Positions 37,270-50,164 of a DNA stretch of 64,000 nucleotides are shown here, piece after piece. Numbering within the stretch: the stretch's first letter is position 1; each line of letters opens with the position of its first letter. A program made the translations under genes and the position numbers. Source of the stretch: Vicugna vicugna (Eukaryota); contig MU061578.1 of the NCBI GenBank assembly GCA_013265495.1, positions 2,241,308 to 2,305,307 of the forward strand, in the 5' to 3' direction. The notes under the pieces are model-generated. The model ran no database searches, was not told the origin of the DNA, and saw only the letters and a list, made by a program, of their open reading frames with translations.

Positions 37270-37776
37270 TCTGTTTACTTGTTTTTAGGACTGCCCCAGT
37301 GCTCTTTTGAGCACCCATCCCAACTCATTATGAGTGAACGCCCTTCCCTCACTCCAGGATCACACGTGGGGAGCCGAGACAGCCCTGCAGCCTCAGTAAT
37401 CTTTTCAACGATGGGCACGTGATCCCCATTCGAGCCAATGAGAAGTCATGGGGCTAATTAGAACTTGGAGGACAGGGAAAAGATACTTTCTTTTCTGTTG
37501 GACTTCACCTTGAAAGAACGTGGGCTTGAGTAGTTACAGCCCTTTTGCCATCACAACAACCAGTCCAAGCATGGTACCAAGAAATGGGCAGCAGAGTAAA
37601 GAGATGAGAAAAAGACTGGACCGTATAATATTGTTTAAAGCCCTGGATCCAGCCATACCTGAAGCCAGGATTCCTGGATTTTTCAGATGCACAAGTTGAC
37701 AAATTCCCTTTTCATTTCCCATCCTGTTGGGTTTGGTTTTTGGTCACTTGTAACTGCGTAAGTCCTAATTGATAGA
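37270..37776 (+). mobile_element. MaLR solo LTR, MLT1K/L-like, inserted in a MIR (~37110-37245 and ~37780-37880)
   Basis: agccctggatccagccatacctgaagccag...cctggatttttcag...aaattccctttt...gtcacttgtaactgcgtaagtcctaattgata. Confidence 0.8.
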
Positions 37777-38689
37777 ATGATTCATGGTATGAGTGGGTGA
37801 TATAATCCCCATAATATTCTTTGTGCGTCATGTCTGACAAGCAAGCCCTTGGTAAGGGTTGGCTGATGCTGTTATCACCGAGATAATGATTGTCTGTGGC
37901 CAGCCACTGTGTGTCATGGGGGTTGTGCTGCCCACTTGTTTGGCAGAGCCCCCTTCCGACCTCCGGGGATCACGCCATGTTTGGTGACCTGCTGCCCTGC
38001 TCTCCTCTTCCGTCCCACGACAGATCGCTGGAGCACCTGGTGAATATTAACACTGGCCCTGTCTCTCCAGGGAGCCCCTGGACTGCACAGCTCTGAAAGT
38101 CAGCCTCCTCCCCGTGTTTGCTTCCTCCCAGTCTGGCTCCCCACGGTCGCTCTGCCCTCTCTACCCTCGGGATGTGGCTCCACTGCCAACAAGCTCTGGG
38201 CTTCTGTTTGCTGTGGAAAAATACCAAGTTCAAAGAGAGCTGCTCGTAGCATTGACCCCTTCCCACAGCTGGCCAGGCGCTGCCTCCCCTGCCTGACAGT
38301 AGCTCCGCCTCATCGCGCCTCCTCTGTCTCTCGCTGTGGTCTGTACCCATCTGTTTCTCATATCCTTTTTGGCTTTTTAACGTGCCAAGGCTTGTGCTCA
38401 CAAAACTGGAATGGAGTCTGCAAAAGCGGGCTCTAACTCGGGCACTGGCTCGCCTACATCATGTTCTCTGTTTCTACAGCAAGAGGGCTGTTTGTCTCAG
38501 CCCCACGTATCCTCCTTTTGCTCCTGGAATCCCTTCTTAAAGTTCTCAGGGTGCACAGGAAACAACAAAGCATGACCATTTCTGTCTCTGTCCTGTAGAA
38601 AGTTCTCCAGTTTTCTCTCCCTCTATGCTAAGGCTCTACTTCCCCACAGATGTCAGGTGAATAAAGACAAAGGAAAAATAGCGAACAGC

Positions 38690-38880
38690 CACATACCTCA
38701 CCAGCTCTCCTCCACAACATGTGTCACCTTCTCATAGTCCATAGGATTAGTTGATTTATTTTTACTGTCAGTGACCTTCCCCTACTAGAATTCAAGCTCC
38801 CTGACAGCAGGCATTCTGGTCTGTCTGGCCCACGGCTGGGTTCCCCGATGCCTAGAATAGTGCCGGGCACATAGAACATC
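38690..38880 (+). mobile_element. L2 3' end, interrupted by the Tigger1 derivative
   Basis: ccttcccctactagaattcaagctccctgacagcagg...cctagaatagtgccgggcacatag; last bases (tgctcaaca) resume after 39384. Confidence 0.75.
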
Positions 38881-38885
38881 ACACA

Positions 38886-39382
38886 CAGGCAGACCTCACA
38901 GATCCTGCAGGTTCAGTTCCACAGCAATCAAGCAAACGTGGCAAAGAAAAAAAAGGCGAGTCACATGAAGACTTTGGTTTCCCAGTGCAAATACAAGTTA
39001 CTATACACTATTTGGTAGTCTATCAAGTGTGCGATAGTATTATGCATTAAAAATAATGTACATACCTTAATTGTAAACTACTTCATTGTTAAAAATTGCT
39101 AACCACCATCTGAGACTTCAGTAAGTCGTAATCTTTTTGCAAGAGTAACAACAAAGATCTCTGATCACAGATCACCACAGCAAATGTAATAACAAATGGA
39201 GAAGTTTGCAATATCACGAGAATTGCTGAATGTGACAGAAAGACAAGAAGTGAGCAAACGTGTTGGAAAATGGTGCTAATAGACTCGCTTGATGCAGGGG
39301 TTGCTACAAACCTTCAGTCCGTAAAAAACATAATATCTGCAGAGCACAACAAGGGAAAGTGCAACGAAACGAGGTCTGCCTG
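38886..39382 (-). mobile_element. Tigger1 internal-deletion derivative (TcMar-Tigger MITE, 497 bp)
   Basis: Perfect 12-bp TIRs CAGGCAGACCTC / GAGGTCTGCCTG; right flank TA; both Tigger1 subterminal regions recognisable (aaagatctctgatcacagatcacca; gttggaaaatggtgctaatagac; ttggtttcccagtgca). Confidence 0.9.
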
Positions 39383-39474
39383 TACACATGCTCAACAGGT
39401 ACGTGCTGGTTGTCAAATACTCCATCAGGACCAGGGAAATGTCCATATTGGACACCAAGTTCCCCTTACTCACT

Positions 39475-39770
39475 TCTTTATTCATTGTCCCCTTCCCTCC
39501 TTCCTTTTCATCTCCCTTTGCCCAATCATTTCAGACCTACTAAGTTCAAAATAGACATAATTCCCACACTTGAGGCACTTACAGTTGAGTGAAGAAGACA
39601 TCTACTTAAACCAAGAAGGACGAAAATGCATGATAACTGTTCGAAGGATTTCAGGGCACTTGGGGAGCACAGCAAAAGAGGAGCTTTCTCTAGACTTGGG
39701 GTGCAGGCAAGGCAGTCTGGAGGAAGGGAATTCGTACTTAGGATTCGTAGGAGTTAGTCAGTCTTCATCA
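39475..39770 (-). mobile_element. L2 fragment
   Basis: agacataattcccacacttgaggcacttacagttgagtg...gggcacttggggagcacag...gtctggaggaagg. Confidence 0.55.
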
Positions 39771-40509
39771 GAGACCAGAAAATCCACGGAGGGCAGATCC
39801 TACTGAGTTCATCCATCTTCCCTTGTTTTCTGTTTCAACGTTGACATTCACGAGACCCCTCTAGCCAAGGTTTAGATTAGCCAGCTGATTTCAGCAGAAG
39901 ATAATGTCTGGTATTTTGCAGTGATGCATTTATACAGAGTCATAAATAAATTCTGGTTCACATGCTGTCCCCCACCCCCAATTTAAATGACCCAGTAGAA
40001 AATCTGAAGCTGGACTAAAACCAATGGAATGTGCTTTATACCTCCTTTAGATATACTTTAAAAAAAAGCCTTATTGAGAAATAATTCACATACCATCCAT
40101 GTTATCCACAAAGTATAAAAGTCAATAATTTCTAGTTTATTTACAGAGCTCTACAGCCATCATCAAAAGTGTGGGCTCTATATAAAGGAAATTCTGGGTA
40201 GAGAGGAAAACCTCAGTACCCTTTGCTTAGTGAGAAATGCAGATTTCTTGACATACAAAAAACAGAGTAGAGTTAGCCAAATAGGGGCAGGATAACGTGA
40301 GAAATCACAGAGCATGTGTGGGACTAAGCAATATTAAGCCCCAATTATTTTTCGAGAGTCATTTTATTTTAATGATACAGAACTTCCATGATAACATTGC
40401 TTGCTGAAGTAAGGCATTCGATGAAAAGGGGACCTGCGTTGGACCCCACGTAAATTATGGGAAATGGAAGATACTCATTACTGTCAGCCTTGTTTTACCT
40501 GGGAGGTGC

Positions 40510-40795
40510 CAGAGAAAACAGAGAGGGAGACTAAGACAGAATCAGAGAAAGAAAGATGGGGCTGCAGGGGGGTGGGGATTGAGGAGAGAGGGAGGGAGGA
40601 AGGAGAGAGAGAGAGACTGAAAAAGAGACAGGAAGACAGATTCACAGACACACAAACAGATGGAGAGAAAGGCAGAGATACAAAGAGACAGACACATGCA
40701 GATGGAGAGAGGGGAGGGGGCAGAGAGAGGCAGAGACAGAGACAGACGGTCAGAGAGACACTGGCCCAGGAAAATGCAGAGAGATACAGAGAATG
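40510..40795. repeat. GA/GACA-rich low-complexity tract
   Basis: Degenerate (GA)n/(GACA)n. Confidence 0.85.
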
Positions 40796-43299
40796 CGTTT
40801 AAAAAACAGATTAAGAAAAAAATATTTTAAACCTCCACTGCCTTCATAGTGAACTCGTCACAGAGAGTTCAAATGCCGTCCCCTGCTCCCTCCAGGCCAT
40901 CTAGGAAACTGGGTGGCAGAGTCCTTCTCTCACTGGGAAGCAGGAAGGGGTGTGGGGAAGGCGGGAGCAGAAGCTGGGACAAGCAGCAGCCCCAGATGGC
41001 CGTGGGTGGCTGAGTCACACCTCCCCCCAGGGCTACTCTGGTGCACTTTTAGGAAAGTGAAAAGGATCGCAGAGACGGTTGCTATAGATAGTGATGTGTC
41101 TGATTCTGAAACAAAGGAGGCAGCCCAGAATTCCAAAGCCCTGTACCCCAAACTTCCCACAACACAGGTCCCCACATCTCTCCAGGATGCTGAGTTAACT
41201 CCTCCCTGCACAAAATGGGTAGAGGGATGTGGGGTGACCAGGCTGGCAGCAAAGGGTTGAAGAGCTGCTCCCCAGGATTATAGATACCCACTTGGCTGGG
41301 ACTCCTCATCAGAGCTGGTAATTAAGTGCAGTGAATGAGATCACGGATGCCAGAATCCCTCTGTGGGCAATAAGGCTATGTCATTGCTCCCTGTGCACAC
41401 GGGGAGATTGCCGTGACATCCCAGCTTTAAAGAGCACATGCATGCCCATGCCTTGGCCTGTCTAGTGCACATGTATGACACAGTTCTTTGAACAAGGTTA
41501 GTACATGTTCCCATTACGCTCAAACTAAGTCCTCCTCTACTCAAGTAGTGAACAGTGACGTGCTTACCAATCAAAACGGGAGAAGGGCCAAGGTGGAGAA
41601 GCAAGGAGGAAATGGCAGAAGGCCAGGGTGGGAGGGATGTCCTCAGGTGGCCTCAGGAGAGAGGAAGCTGTTACAGACAAGAAAATGTGTCTCTAATGCC
41701 AAAGTCGTGGGGCACCCCAGCTAACTGTTAGGAGGGAGTTTAAATGTGACTGAGAAGAAGGGATGCAGGGGAGCAAGTTTCAGGGCTGTTGTCTGGATTT
41801 GAGTAAAAGCTACAGGAACCATGAAACAGAGAGAAATTTGAAGGCATCCCCTTGATCTGACCATTTCCTTTAGTTAAACTGAGATAAGGATGCTACTTTT
41901 AAAATGGTCCTTTAATGTTTTCTAGGCAAAACCAACATCTCTGTAACTATAGGAGCACCCAGTGTGGAAACCAAAGAACCAAGGCAAAATGAACAAATCT
42001 TATCACTGGGAGGAATGGCCCCCACCAGTCCTACCACTGTGGACTGTACAGGCTTCTCTAGGGGTGTAACCCTCGGAGACATCTTTTATCTTTTATCTTT
42101 TTGTGGTCAGTTTGGTTCGACCAGGTTCAACTGCATATCTTACTATATCCCAAGTCCTGTACTAAGTCCTGGGGTTGCAGAGAACAGTACATCGTCCTTG
42201 CCTTGGATGAACTCCTTGTCCAGGGTGGAAGTTAGGATATAAAGTCATCCCGGGGCTACCCACATGCAAGTTTGGATGCTTGGCACCAACAAGGAAAATG
42301 CCAGCCAATGCACCCCGCATCTCATTAACCTGGCTCTGAGCTCAAAGGACTTAAGCAAGATTATCAGTTCAGCTGAAGATCAAAAGCTGATGCTACCTCA
42401 TTTCCTCACCAAGGGATTCTTTTGCAACGGCAAGACTCCGTAGGGCTCCGTGGAAATCAGGTTTCAGTGGGGATTAAAGCATATGCTTTTTGACTTGAGA
42501 AGTTACCCACCAGCGTGCCCCAGCAGGCAAGGAGAAGTACATTAAACCAGGCAGGGGGTAAGGAAGCAGAGTTTCTTTTAGCTACAAACAGCTTCCCCAG
42601 GAAAGTGCCAAGGGAAAGATCAGCATGGATAGAGTTGAGAAGGAAGAGTGAGAATGGAAAAGGGGGTAAAAGAGGAGAGAAGAGACACAATAGGAGGAAG
42701 GTGGAGGGAAGAAGGAAGCAGGAAGGAGAGAGGAAGCGAGGGTATTCAGGAGAAGCCTGTGCAGGTGGACAAGGCTAACATCACGAGGGATGACCTTGGG
42801 CATCAAATGACAATTCTAACTTCCAAGATCTTCTGGGCACTGAAGCCTGAGTTCCTTAACCTGGGCAAGGCCAGGTGGATAAACGGCATGACCATCACCA
42901 TCTTGCTGTAGTTTTTCCATTAGCAACATTGCTGCTTGGAAGGACATTCTAGGGCTGGAGATGAGAAAGCCCATTGGCACATCGGGGTTAGTCTTTAGAT
43001 TAGCTGGAGATGGAGTAATTATGACCATTTGATTTCCCAGTGACCTTTCTTGACTTGACTGCCACCAAGACAAGGGCAGATCCACCCAAAGCCCAGAGTT
43101 CACAAGATCTTGGTCAAAGTCAATAACAGTTGGAGGAGTTCGTATATTCTCACACACCAAAGTTCAAGGTTAGAAACACTATGTTAGTCTCTAGTCATCT
43201 TTTAAAAATTCTGAATTCCTGGTCAGTGAAATCTTTAGGTCTAGCAACTACTACAGTATGTCACATTGTCTGTTTCATTTCCAAACAGCGTGTTTTTTG

Positions 43300-43465
43300 T
43301 GTGTTTGTTTTAAAAGTCAAGTTTCTATAACTTACATACAGTAAAATGTTTCATTTTTTAAGCATATGGCTTAATGAGTTTTGACAAACATACACAGTCG
43401 TAGAAATCACCACCACAATCAAAACATGGAATATTTCCATCACCCCCAAAAGTTCCCCCAAGTCA
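43300..43465 (-). mobile_element. L1M 3' terminal fragment
   Basis: ttacatacagtaaaatg...atgagttttgacaaacatacacagtcg...caccaccacaatcaaaacatggaatatttccatcacccccaaaagttccc. Confidence 0.8.
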
Positions 43466-45499
43466 ACTTTTTAGGTGCTAATTGAAGGCAGGTGTTCTCC
43501 TCAATCAAGGAGAACGGTACAATTTTTAAATTTTCCTTTCTGGGACTTTACATTCACTCAGGATTGATGAAGACATCACTGAAGACGTAAAAACCCATCT
43601 TTGGTGAATAATCTCCCCAAGGTAGGAAATAAGCCCGACTTTGCTCTGCAGTGTCCCCCCAGACCCCAGTGGAGTATCTGGCACTTAAGTGATCTGTAGT
43701 AAATGGTTGTAAATAGATGAGAGACGTATAGAGTTGATCTTAGATCAACTTAAAGATCAGAGAGAAAGCAGCTATGCGTTGCCAAAAAGGGCCTTTTTTT
43801 TTTTTCCAGTTTATCAGTGCAGACATGGAGGCTCAGAGAGGCCTAAAGCCACACACAGCTAAAATTCTAACCACCATCTGCCTGACCGCAAAGCCTGTGC
43901 CTTTTGCTCTATGCCTTGCTGCCATCTCTCATTTCTGCAAACCCTGACAAGCACCCCACAGCCCGCCAGCCCCTGCTCTGCGGGTTGAGTCTCCTGGATA
44001 ATCACGTTACCAGGAAGCCTTCCTGCTCCTGACTTGCTCTGAGCCCTCCTGGGCTGAGAGTCTTTGGTCCGGCAGTCGCTGAGTTTCCATAATGAAGAAG
44101 GGCCACTCCCCCTTGGCTCCAGGTCTTTAAACTCCTGAATTTTAATAACCAACTCCACTGATGATTTACAAATTTCAAGGCAGGAATTAGCAGAAAATTC
44201 CATATTTCATAGATGCTGAATTGGGCTATTATCTCCATGCAGCAGGTGCCAATTTCCTATCAAATGGTGAAATGCCGTAATTATCAGTAGAATTCCATTC
44301 AAATTCTAAAAGTAGATAAATAACCAATGGGAATATCATTTATTCATTAGAATAGGAAGAAAGAGGGAAATATTACCCTGTTCATGGCTGCAGTGAGGCT
44401 GTCTTGCAAGGGAATGCCCAGCTCACTGATGCAGGCTGGAGGATTCTAGATTCATTAAGCTCTCAGATCAGCAGGAGAGAGGAGCTTCCATTAAACACCT
44501 GAACAGACGAGATAATGGGCCACTGATTGAGAGGCTAACATGTGAGATGTGATGGTGCCTTCTTGTTTTTCTCATGGTGGATAGAAAGATATATATTAGA
44601 AATCACTGGAAAACTACCAAACTTCCTACTCCCTATCCTATAGGCACCTCCAGAGAAGGGGCTAGTATCCCCGACAAACTGAAGCTCAGAAAGCTTAAGT
44701 CGCTCGTCCAAGGACACACAGCTTGCAAGTGGCAGATTTAGGTTGGCCAGTTTCCAGCATCTCTGTTCTGGTCACATTCCTCAGCAACAGCAAGCCCTCA
44801 GCGTACTTCATCGCCTCTGTGTCCTTTTCACCCTGTAGCTGGATCCCCAAGGTCCTGGGATGATTTCAGGGTTCTCACCTGTCAGTGGAGACACTGGTTA
44901 TGAGCCAGGGCCAGGCAAGTGATGTCCACCCTGCCAGTGTGTCACCATCTTTTTAAGGAGAAGGATGGTATTGTGTCCAGGTGCCCACAGAAGGGGTGTT
45001 TCAGGTACAGACTGCTGGCCGGGATGGACAGACTGGAAGCAGAGAGGGGGAGATCATCCAACCCTACACATCAAGCAGCCTCCGTGCTCAGAAGGAATCT
45101 CACTGCAGGTGGCCCTGGGCCATGGGGAGAGGAACAGCAGCTAGAAGCTCCGAGAAGGAGACTCTCAGGGACCTGCGGCCTCACGCGGGCCAGAAGCAAC
45201 AATCAAAGGAGCTATGGCAGCAGGGAAGGGTCTTCCCCCTTCTCCTCCTTCCCAACTACAGGGAACCCCACTGCCGACTGGAAGCCACTAAGTGGTGAGC
45301 AGGTGCTTGTCCCCCTGTGTCCCTCCCACCGGGGGAATTCCACCCTGTATGGATGCCTTCCCTTGGGCCAAGGTGCCAAGGAACCCCCCGAAATATGCAA
45401 ATACTCCCGAAGAGCTCCCGTCAGAGCATTCCTTTGCTCACAGGAATTTCTGCTTAGGAACTTTGCACCTGAGAGCTCTGACCAGTATGAATAACAACG

Positions 45500-45750
45500 C
45501 AAAATCAGTCTTCACATCTAGGCTTGATTTCAAGGCCGGGTGTAATAGTCCCCGCCCATGTGCCCTTGGGAAAGTTATCAAACCTTTCTGAGCCTCAATG
45601 TCCTTGACATAATATGACACTAAAAGTACTATCTACCTTACTGGGTTATCAGGAGAGACAAGTGACTCAGTGCATGGATTACTGGGAGAAGTGAAATCCG
45701 CACACTTGGCAGGTGCCTGGAACACATCAAGGGCCCGAAAAAATCTCTCT
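45500..45750 (+). mobile_element. MIR SINE
   Basis: tgtgcccttgggaaagttatcaaacctttctgagcctcaatgtcc...atctaccttactgggtt...gtgcctggaaca. Confidence 0.7.
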
Positions 45751-47689
45751 TCCTCATCACGACAGTTTGTTCTTGTTGCCTTTGTTGTTACAACTGTACT
45801 TAAGTCACAAAGATAATAGAAAAAGACTCAGGGCACACAAGGCACAGAGCATATGCTACTGTCACCATTGTTGATAAAACTAAAATATCCATAATGCTCA
45901 CATATGAGCAACTATTATTTATATCATAAAAACTATAGTTAGTAGTATCGCTAATAATATACACTATTTATAAGCCTTATACTAATATAATCATGTTAGT
46001 GTTCAGGTCAAGGAGGCATGAAACGGCAGAGTTCTTTCTCTGGGTCTCTTTTCTCTAGGCTCCAGGCTCTGGATGAGGACTTTACCCCAGCTGACCTCAA
46101 GGCAAGCAGGCCAGTGCAGAATGCGGGAGAGTGGGTCCAAGAAGCTGAAGTCCTGGCATGCTGGTGGCTTCCTCAGCATGGAGGGGCTGTTGTCTAAGGC
46201 AGGTAGGGGAAGACATCCAAGGCCCTGTTGGGGAGGGGCTGCCCAGCGTTTAAGTTAGAGAGGGCCAGTCGTAGCATGGTTCATGAAAAGAAGGTCAGGC
46301 CTGACAAATGTGTTTGAATTCTCTGAATACATCCCAGAATTGGGAGACAATGGTTCCATAATGGGCAATTTATCTGCATTTCAGGGAGGCATCTGATCTA
46401 GAATGACAAAACCGATTGATTCGCAAAGGCCAGTACAGCACGTTAGGGAAGGGAAATTAAACTGGGACCGAAGGAGTTTAAATCAGAGAAACCTATTCCA
46501 CCTGAAGGAAAGGGTTTCTTTTGAAAAATAAAGTGCAGAAAATTCTTTTAAAAAAGATATTGGGAGAAGCAGGATTCAGGTTTGATCAGGAGACAATGGA
46601 ATGGGAAGGTCCCACTTTTCCCCTTTGGTAACCAACCTCAGGAATGCGATTTTGACTGTGGTTGGATGCTGGGAAGCCAGTGCAGGGAATCAAATCCCAC
46701 CAGCCATTAACCTGCTATGTTTAGCAGCCTTATCTGGCCAGGTGCCAGCCAAGGGGCTGAGGACTTGGAGACCTGGAAACCTGGCATCCTGGCCCAGATC
46801 CGATGGTGCCACCTTGGGAACACAGACTCAGGCCAGGTGGTGATGGCAGCTGGCCCATCGCTGGTCTTGACAGGTGAGCCATGAGGTGCTCCCATGGTTT
46901 TGCCACATGCCAACTGCATGGCTATGAACCTCGAATTGCCATTTCTTGTATGGTAAATGGGGATCATACTGTCATTCTTGTAGGCTCAAGGGAGAAACCC
47001 ACACAGAGATCCTTGGTGATAGGGATTTATCTTAGGAATCCAGGCAATGGAGTTAACAGCACAAGAAACTGTTCAGGCGTGCTCATTAACCAACATACTA
47101 TCCGCCTCTGCGATGTGTGATCTTCCTCCTGGAAGATGCCCCAAATATCTCAATCATATTAGGGACAAAGTCGGAGCTCTCCACCATCACTTGGTGCTGG
47201 CACTTCCCAAGGGAAAGTGTTGCTCAGACTGGGTTTCACCATCCAATATGGAACATTCTTTTTGAATTAGAATTAGCATAGAGACACCTCCCCATGCGCT
47301 GGCCTCCCCCATTCCCAGCCTACATGTGTTTTGCTTCAAATGCCACAGTAACAATGCTGATTTCACTCCATATATATGGCATGGATCACAGAGACTCCAT
47401 GTGGAACCTGACAGGAACTGACCTTCCCAGAGAGAATCTGGGCAAGACAGGTACTGAATAACTTTTATTTTTTCCAGGAAGGAGATAATCTCATCCACTA
47501 GAGTGGGCTGGTATGAATACACAACAGGGGAAGGAACATAAAGCATCCGGTGTAGACCCATGCACTCAGCAGGTGCACAGAACTTGTCAGATCCTTTACT
47601 CTCCCCTCACTATCTATCATTCTTTCAATGCTCTGTGTGATGGCAGAAGGGACAACACATCCCTATTTAAAAAAAAAAAAAAAGAAGGA

Positions 47690-47890
47690 CTCATACTGAT
47701 GAGGTGCTTACTCCAAACATGCGTTAGTCTCTGTAATCTTCACAGCGTCCCCATGAGGATTGTACCCTAGGGAGCTGAAGCTCAGAGAAGTCAAATGCCT
47801 TCCTCATGCCCTCACAGCAAGGAGGCGGTGGATCCAGGCTTGAAACCCCTGCATTCTGGCTCCAGAGTTTCTGCTTTAACCACCATGCCA
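47690..47890 (-). mobile_element. MIR SINE
   Basis: taatcttcacagcgtccccatgagg...ctgaagctcagagaagtcaaatgcc...ttctggctccagagtttctgctttaaccac. Confidence 0.75.
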
Positions 47891-48929
47891 CCCTGCCTCC
47901 CTGAAGATGAAGACATGGAGACTCAGGGAGAGTCAAAGTTTGCCCCTGCAATGATGGCTTACACCTGCACCCCAGCATTGCCTCCCCAAACAGCAGGGAT
48001 AACCAGCTCTGGGCAATAATTCCACTGGGCCTTTCAAGTGCACAAGAGTCCCAGTCAACCTCTCTGACAAGAACCCAGTTACAGCCTTGTCTTCAGACTT
48101 TTCCAATCTCTGGGCCTTTGCTTAGGTCACTGATCCAAAGAATGGCTTATATTATGCCAAATTATACCAGCCCTTCAGGAAATGACTTCATAAATAGCCT
48201 AGGAACACAATGAAAAGCACAGTTTTCTGTCTTTCCACAATAAGATGGAGGAAAGAAATCAGCCATGGGGTGGGCAGTCTACATGCAGGCACATGAACAC
48301 ACACATGCACACAAGTGGTTTTGCTAACATTCGGAACAACCAACATTCTTCTCTGAATCTGGCTACTCTAAAACACTTTTGTGATGAGTATCCATTTTAA
48401 AAAATGGAATCCATTGTGAGATATCTTACTTGGCTTGAGTTCTCTAAAGAGATGCCCAGGTAGGAGCTGCTTTGCTGTAGAGAAAGCAATGGAGCAAGAC
48501 CCAGTCTAGCACCAGACTTCTGACTTGGGTGGTCCACGGGGCTGCCAACCCCACCATCTCTTCCACAACTTCCTAGGGCCATCTATTCAACCTCAGATTG
48601 AGGGTCTTAGAAGCCAGACCTTAGACCCTATCCAGCTGAAGCCCCTCACAGTACAGACACATGAGAAATTGGCCTTTGGTGAATGTTTGCCTTGTGGTGG
48701 TCACTACACCATCTCAGGACATCCCTTTGAGGACGATCCTGTGTAGTTTCCCCATGTTGCAGATGAGAGAACTGAGATAAGAAAAAGGTGAAGTGAGGAG
48801 GAGTGGTCCAGCCATTCAGTACACATGGAACTAGGGGACAAGGAAGAGATGCAAAGCCGAGGCTGTCTCCTGCCAGTGTCAGAGGTCAACAAGCCTGTCC
48901 TCAATGCTTTCATTCCACCAGCACACCAG

Positions 48930-49240
48930 AGCGTTTTCCATGAGACAGTGAGCAAACAGAGCCTCTGCCTGTTGCGGAGGGAAACATGAAACAGATAATC
49001 AAACAAAGACATGTGCAATTACAGACGGTGGTAAATTCCATTCAGGAAAACAGAGGGTGAAATGGAAGCTAATAGGAGCTGACGGGGATTTGGAGGAAGA
49101 GGTTCTGGGAGACCCCTTCGAAGGAGTGACATTTAAGCTGATGAAAGACCAGAAGTAAGGCAGACAAGGAATATTCTAAGCATGTAACAGTATCCAGGAA
49201 GCCTTAAGGTGGGAAAGAGCTAGGTGTGCTTGAGAAAGTC
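48930..49240 (-). mobile_element. L2 fragment
   Basis: gacagtgagcaaacagagcctctgcc...gaaggagtgacatttaagctga...ccttaaggtgggaaagagctaggtgtgcttgagaa. Confidence 0.7.
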
Positions 49241-50164
49241 CACAGCTCTGAGGCCACCTAAGAGTCCACTTTGAAGGCTGATCCACAGACTTAATTCCAT
49301 GGTGGGGACTTTTCCCAAAGATTTCACCAACAAAGATGCCTGCTTGGGAACAGACTGAGCCTCAAAGGAGGTTGTACATACCATCTGTTGGTGAATCCAC
49401 CTCAATGCCCTTAGGACCCCTGGGCATGGGGATAGATGACCATAATGAGTCTAATTGTATCTAATTTCTCCGTGGCAAGCATGTGTAGAACAGCCCAGCA
49501 GAGCCCTTGACTAATGACTTTCAAATATAATTAAAAACATATTTCAATAGAAAGCCCATTGCCAAGTCTATACCAGCAAAGTGAAATTAACCTTCAAACG
49601 ATACTGGAACAACACTGAATCACAAGGATTTGTAAGAGATTAGATACACTGTAGCCTAATCATGTTACAATAACTCACCTCATTAATCTCCAAGGAAACA
49701 ATAATGACAACAGCTAAATACTGTAATTAACAAACCCTATTGCAAACTTGATTTTAATTTTATAGGACTTGGTTATATTATCCAATGTAACTGTGGGAAA
49801 GACAGAATGTCAGTCAAGTAACCTGGTTCTATAAAGGCTCTGGACTGACAGAGCCCAATATCTCAGATTCGTGAGCCCACAAAGTTGGGCCTCTGCTTAG
49901 AGCCCAACCCACCCAGAAAAAAAAAAATTCAACATACCACATATTGTCAAGACTTAGGTGCCCCCTACCAAAAAAGTGGGCATAAAATCAAATCTGTATT
50001 TGTCTTTCTGTATTTGAAAGCAGTGAATCTTGCACTGGTGCTTCTGTTTGAGGCTTGGTTAGTGTTGGGATGCTCTGGCTGCAGGTCCTTTGCAAAGGTC
50101 TCTTGGGCAGGGTTGGGATAGGTCAGAAAATCGAGGGCATAACAGTTAAGAGTGGGCAGATAAC

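Noticed and set aside
40464..41260. Charged ORFs (ERETKTES..., DSDVSDSETKE...)
   Set aside because: The first is a translation of GA-rich low-complexity DNA; the second has no recognisable family or convincing splice sites.
43732..43750. Palindrome AGTTGATCT-T-AGATCAACT
   Set aside because: A 9-bp arm pair is expected by chance in 64 kb once several spacer lengths are allowed; no supporting context.
45208..45230. agctatggcag...gggaaggg resembling the minisatellite unit
   Set aside because: Only an 11-bp exact match, single copy; compatible with chance.
44919..45494. 191-aa ORF
   Set aside because: Non-ATG start, no recognisable homology or exon structure; locally GC-rich sequence with few stops.
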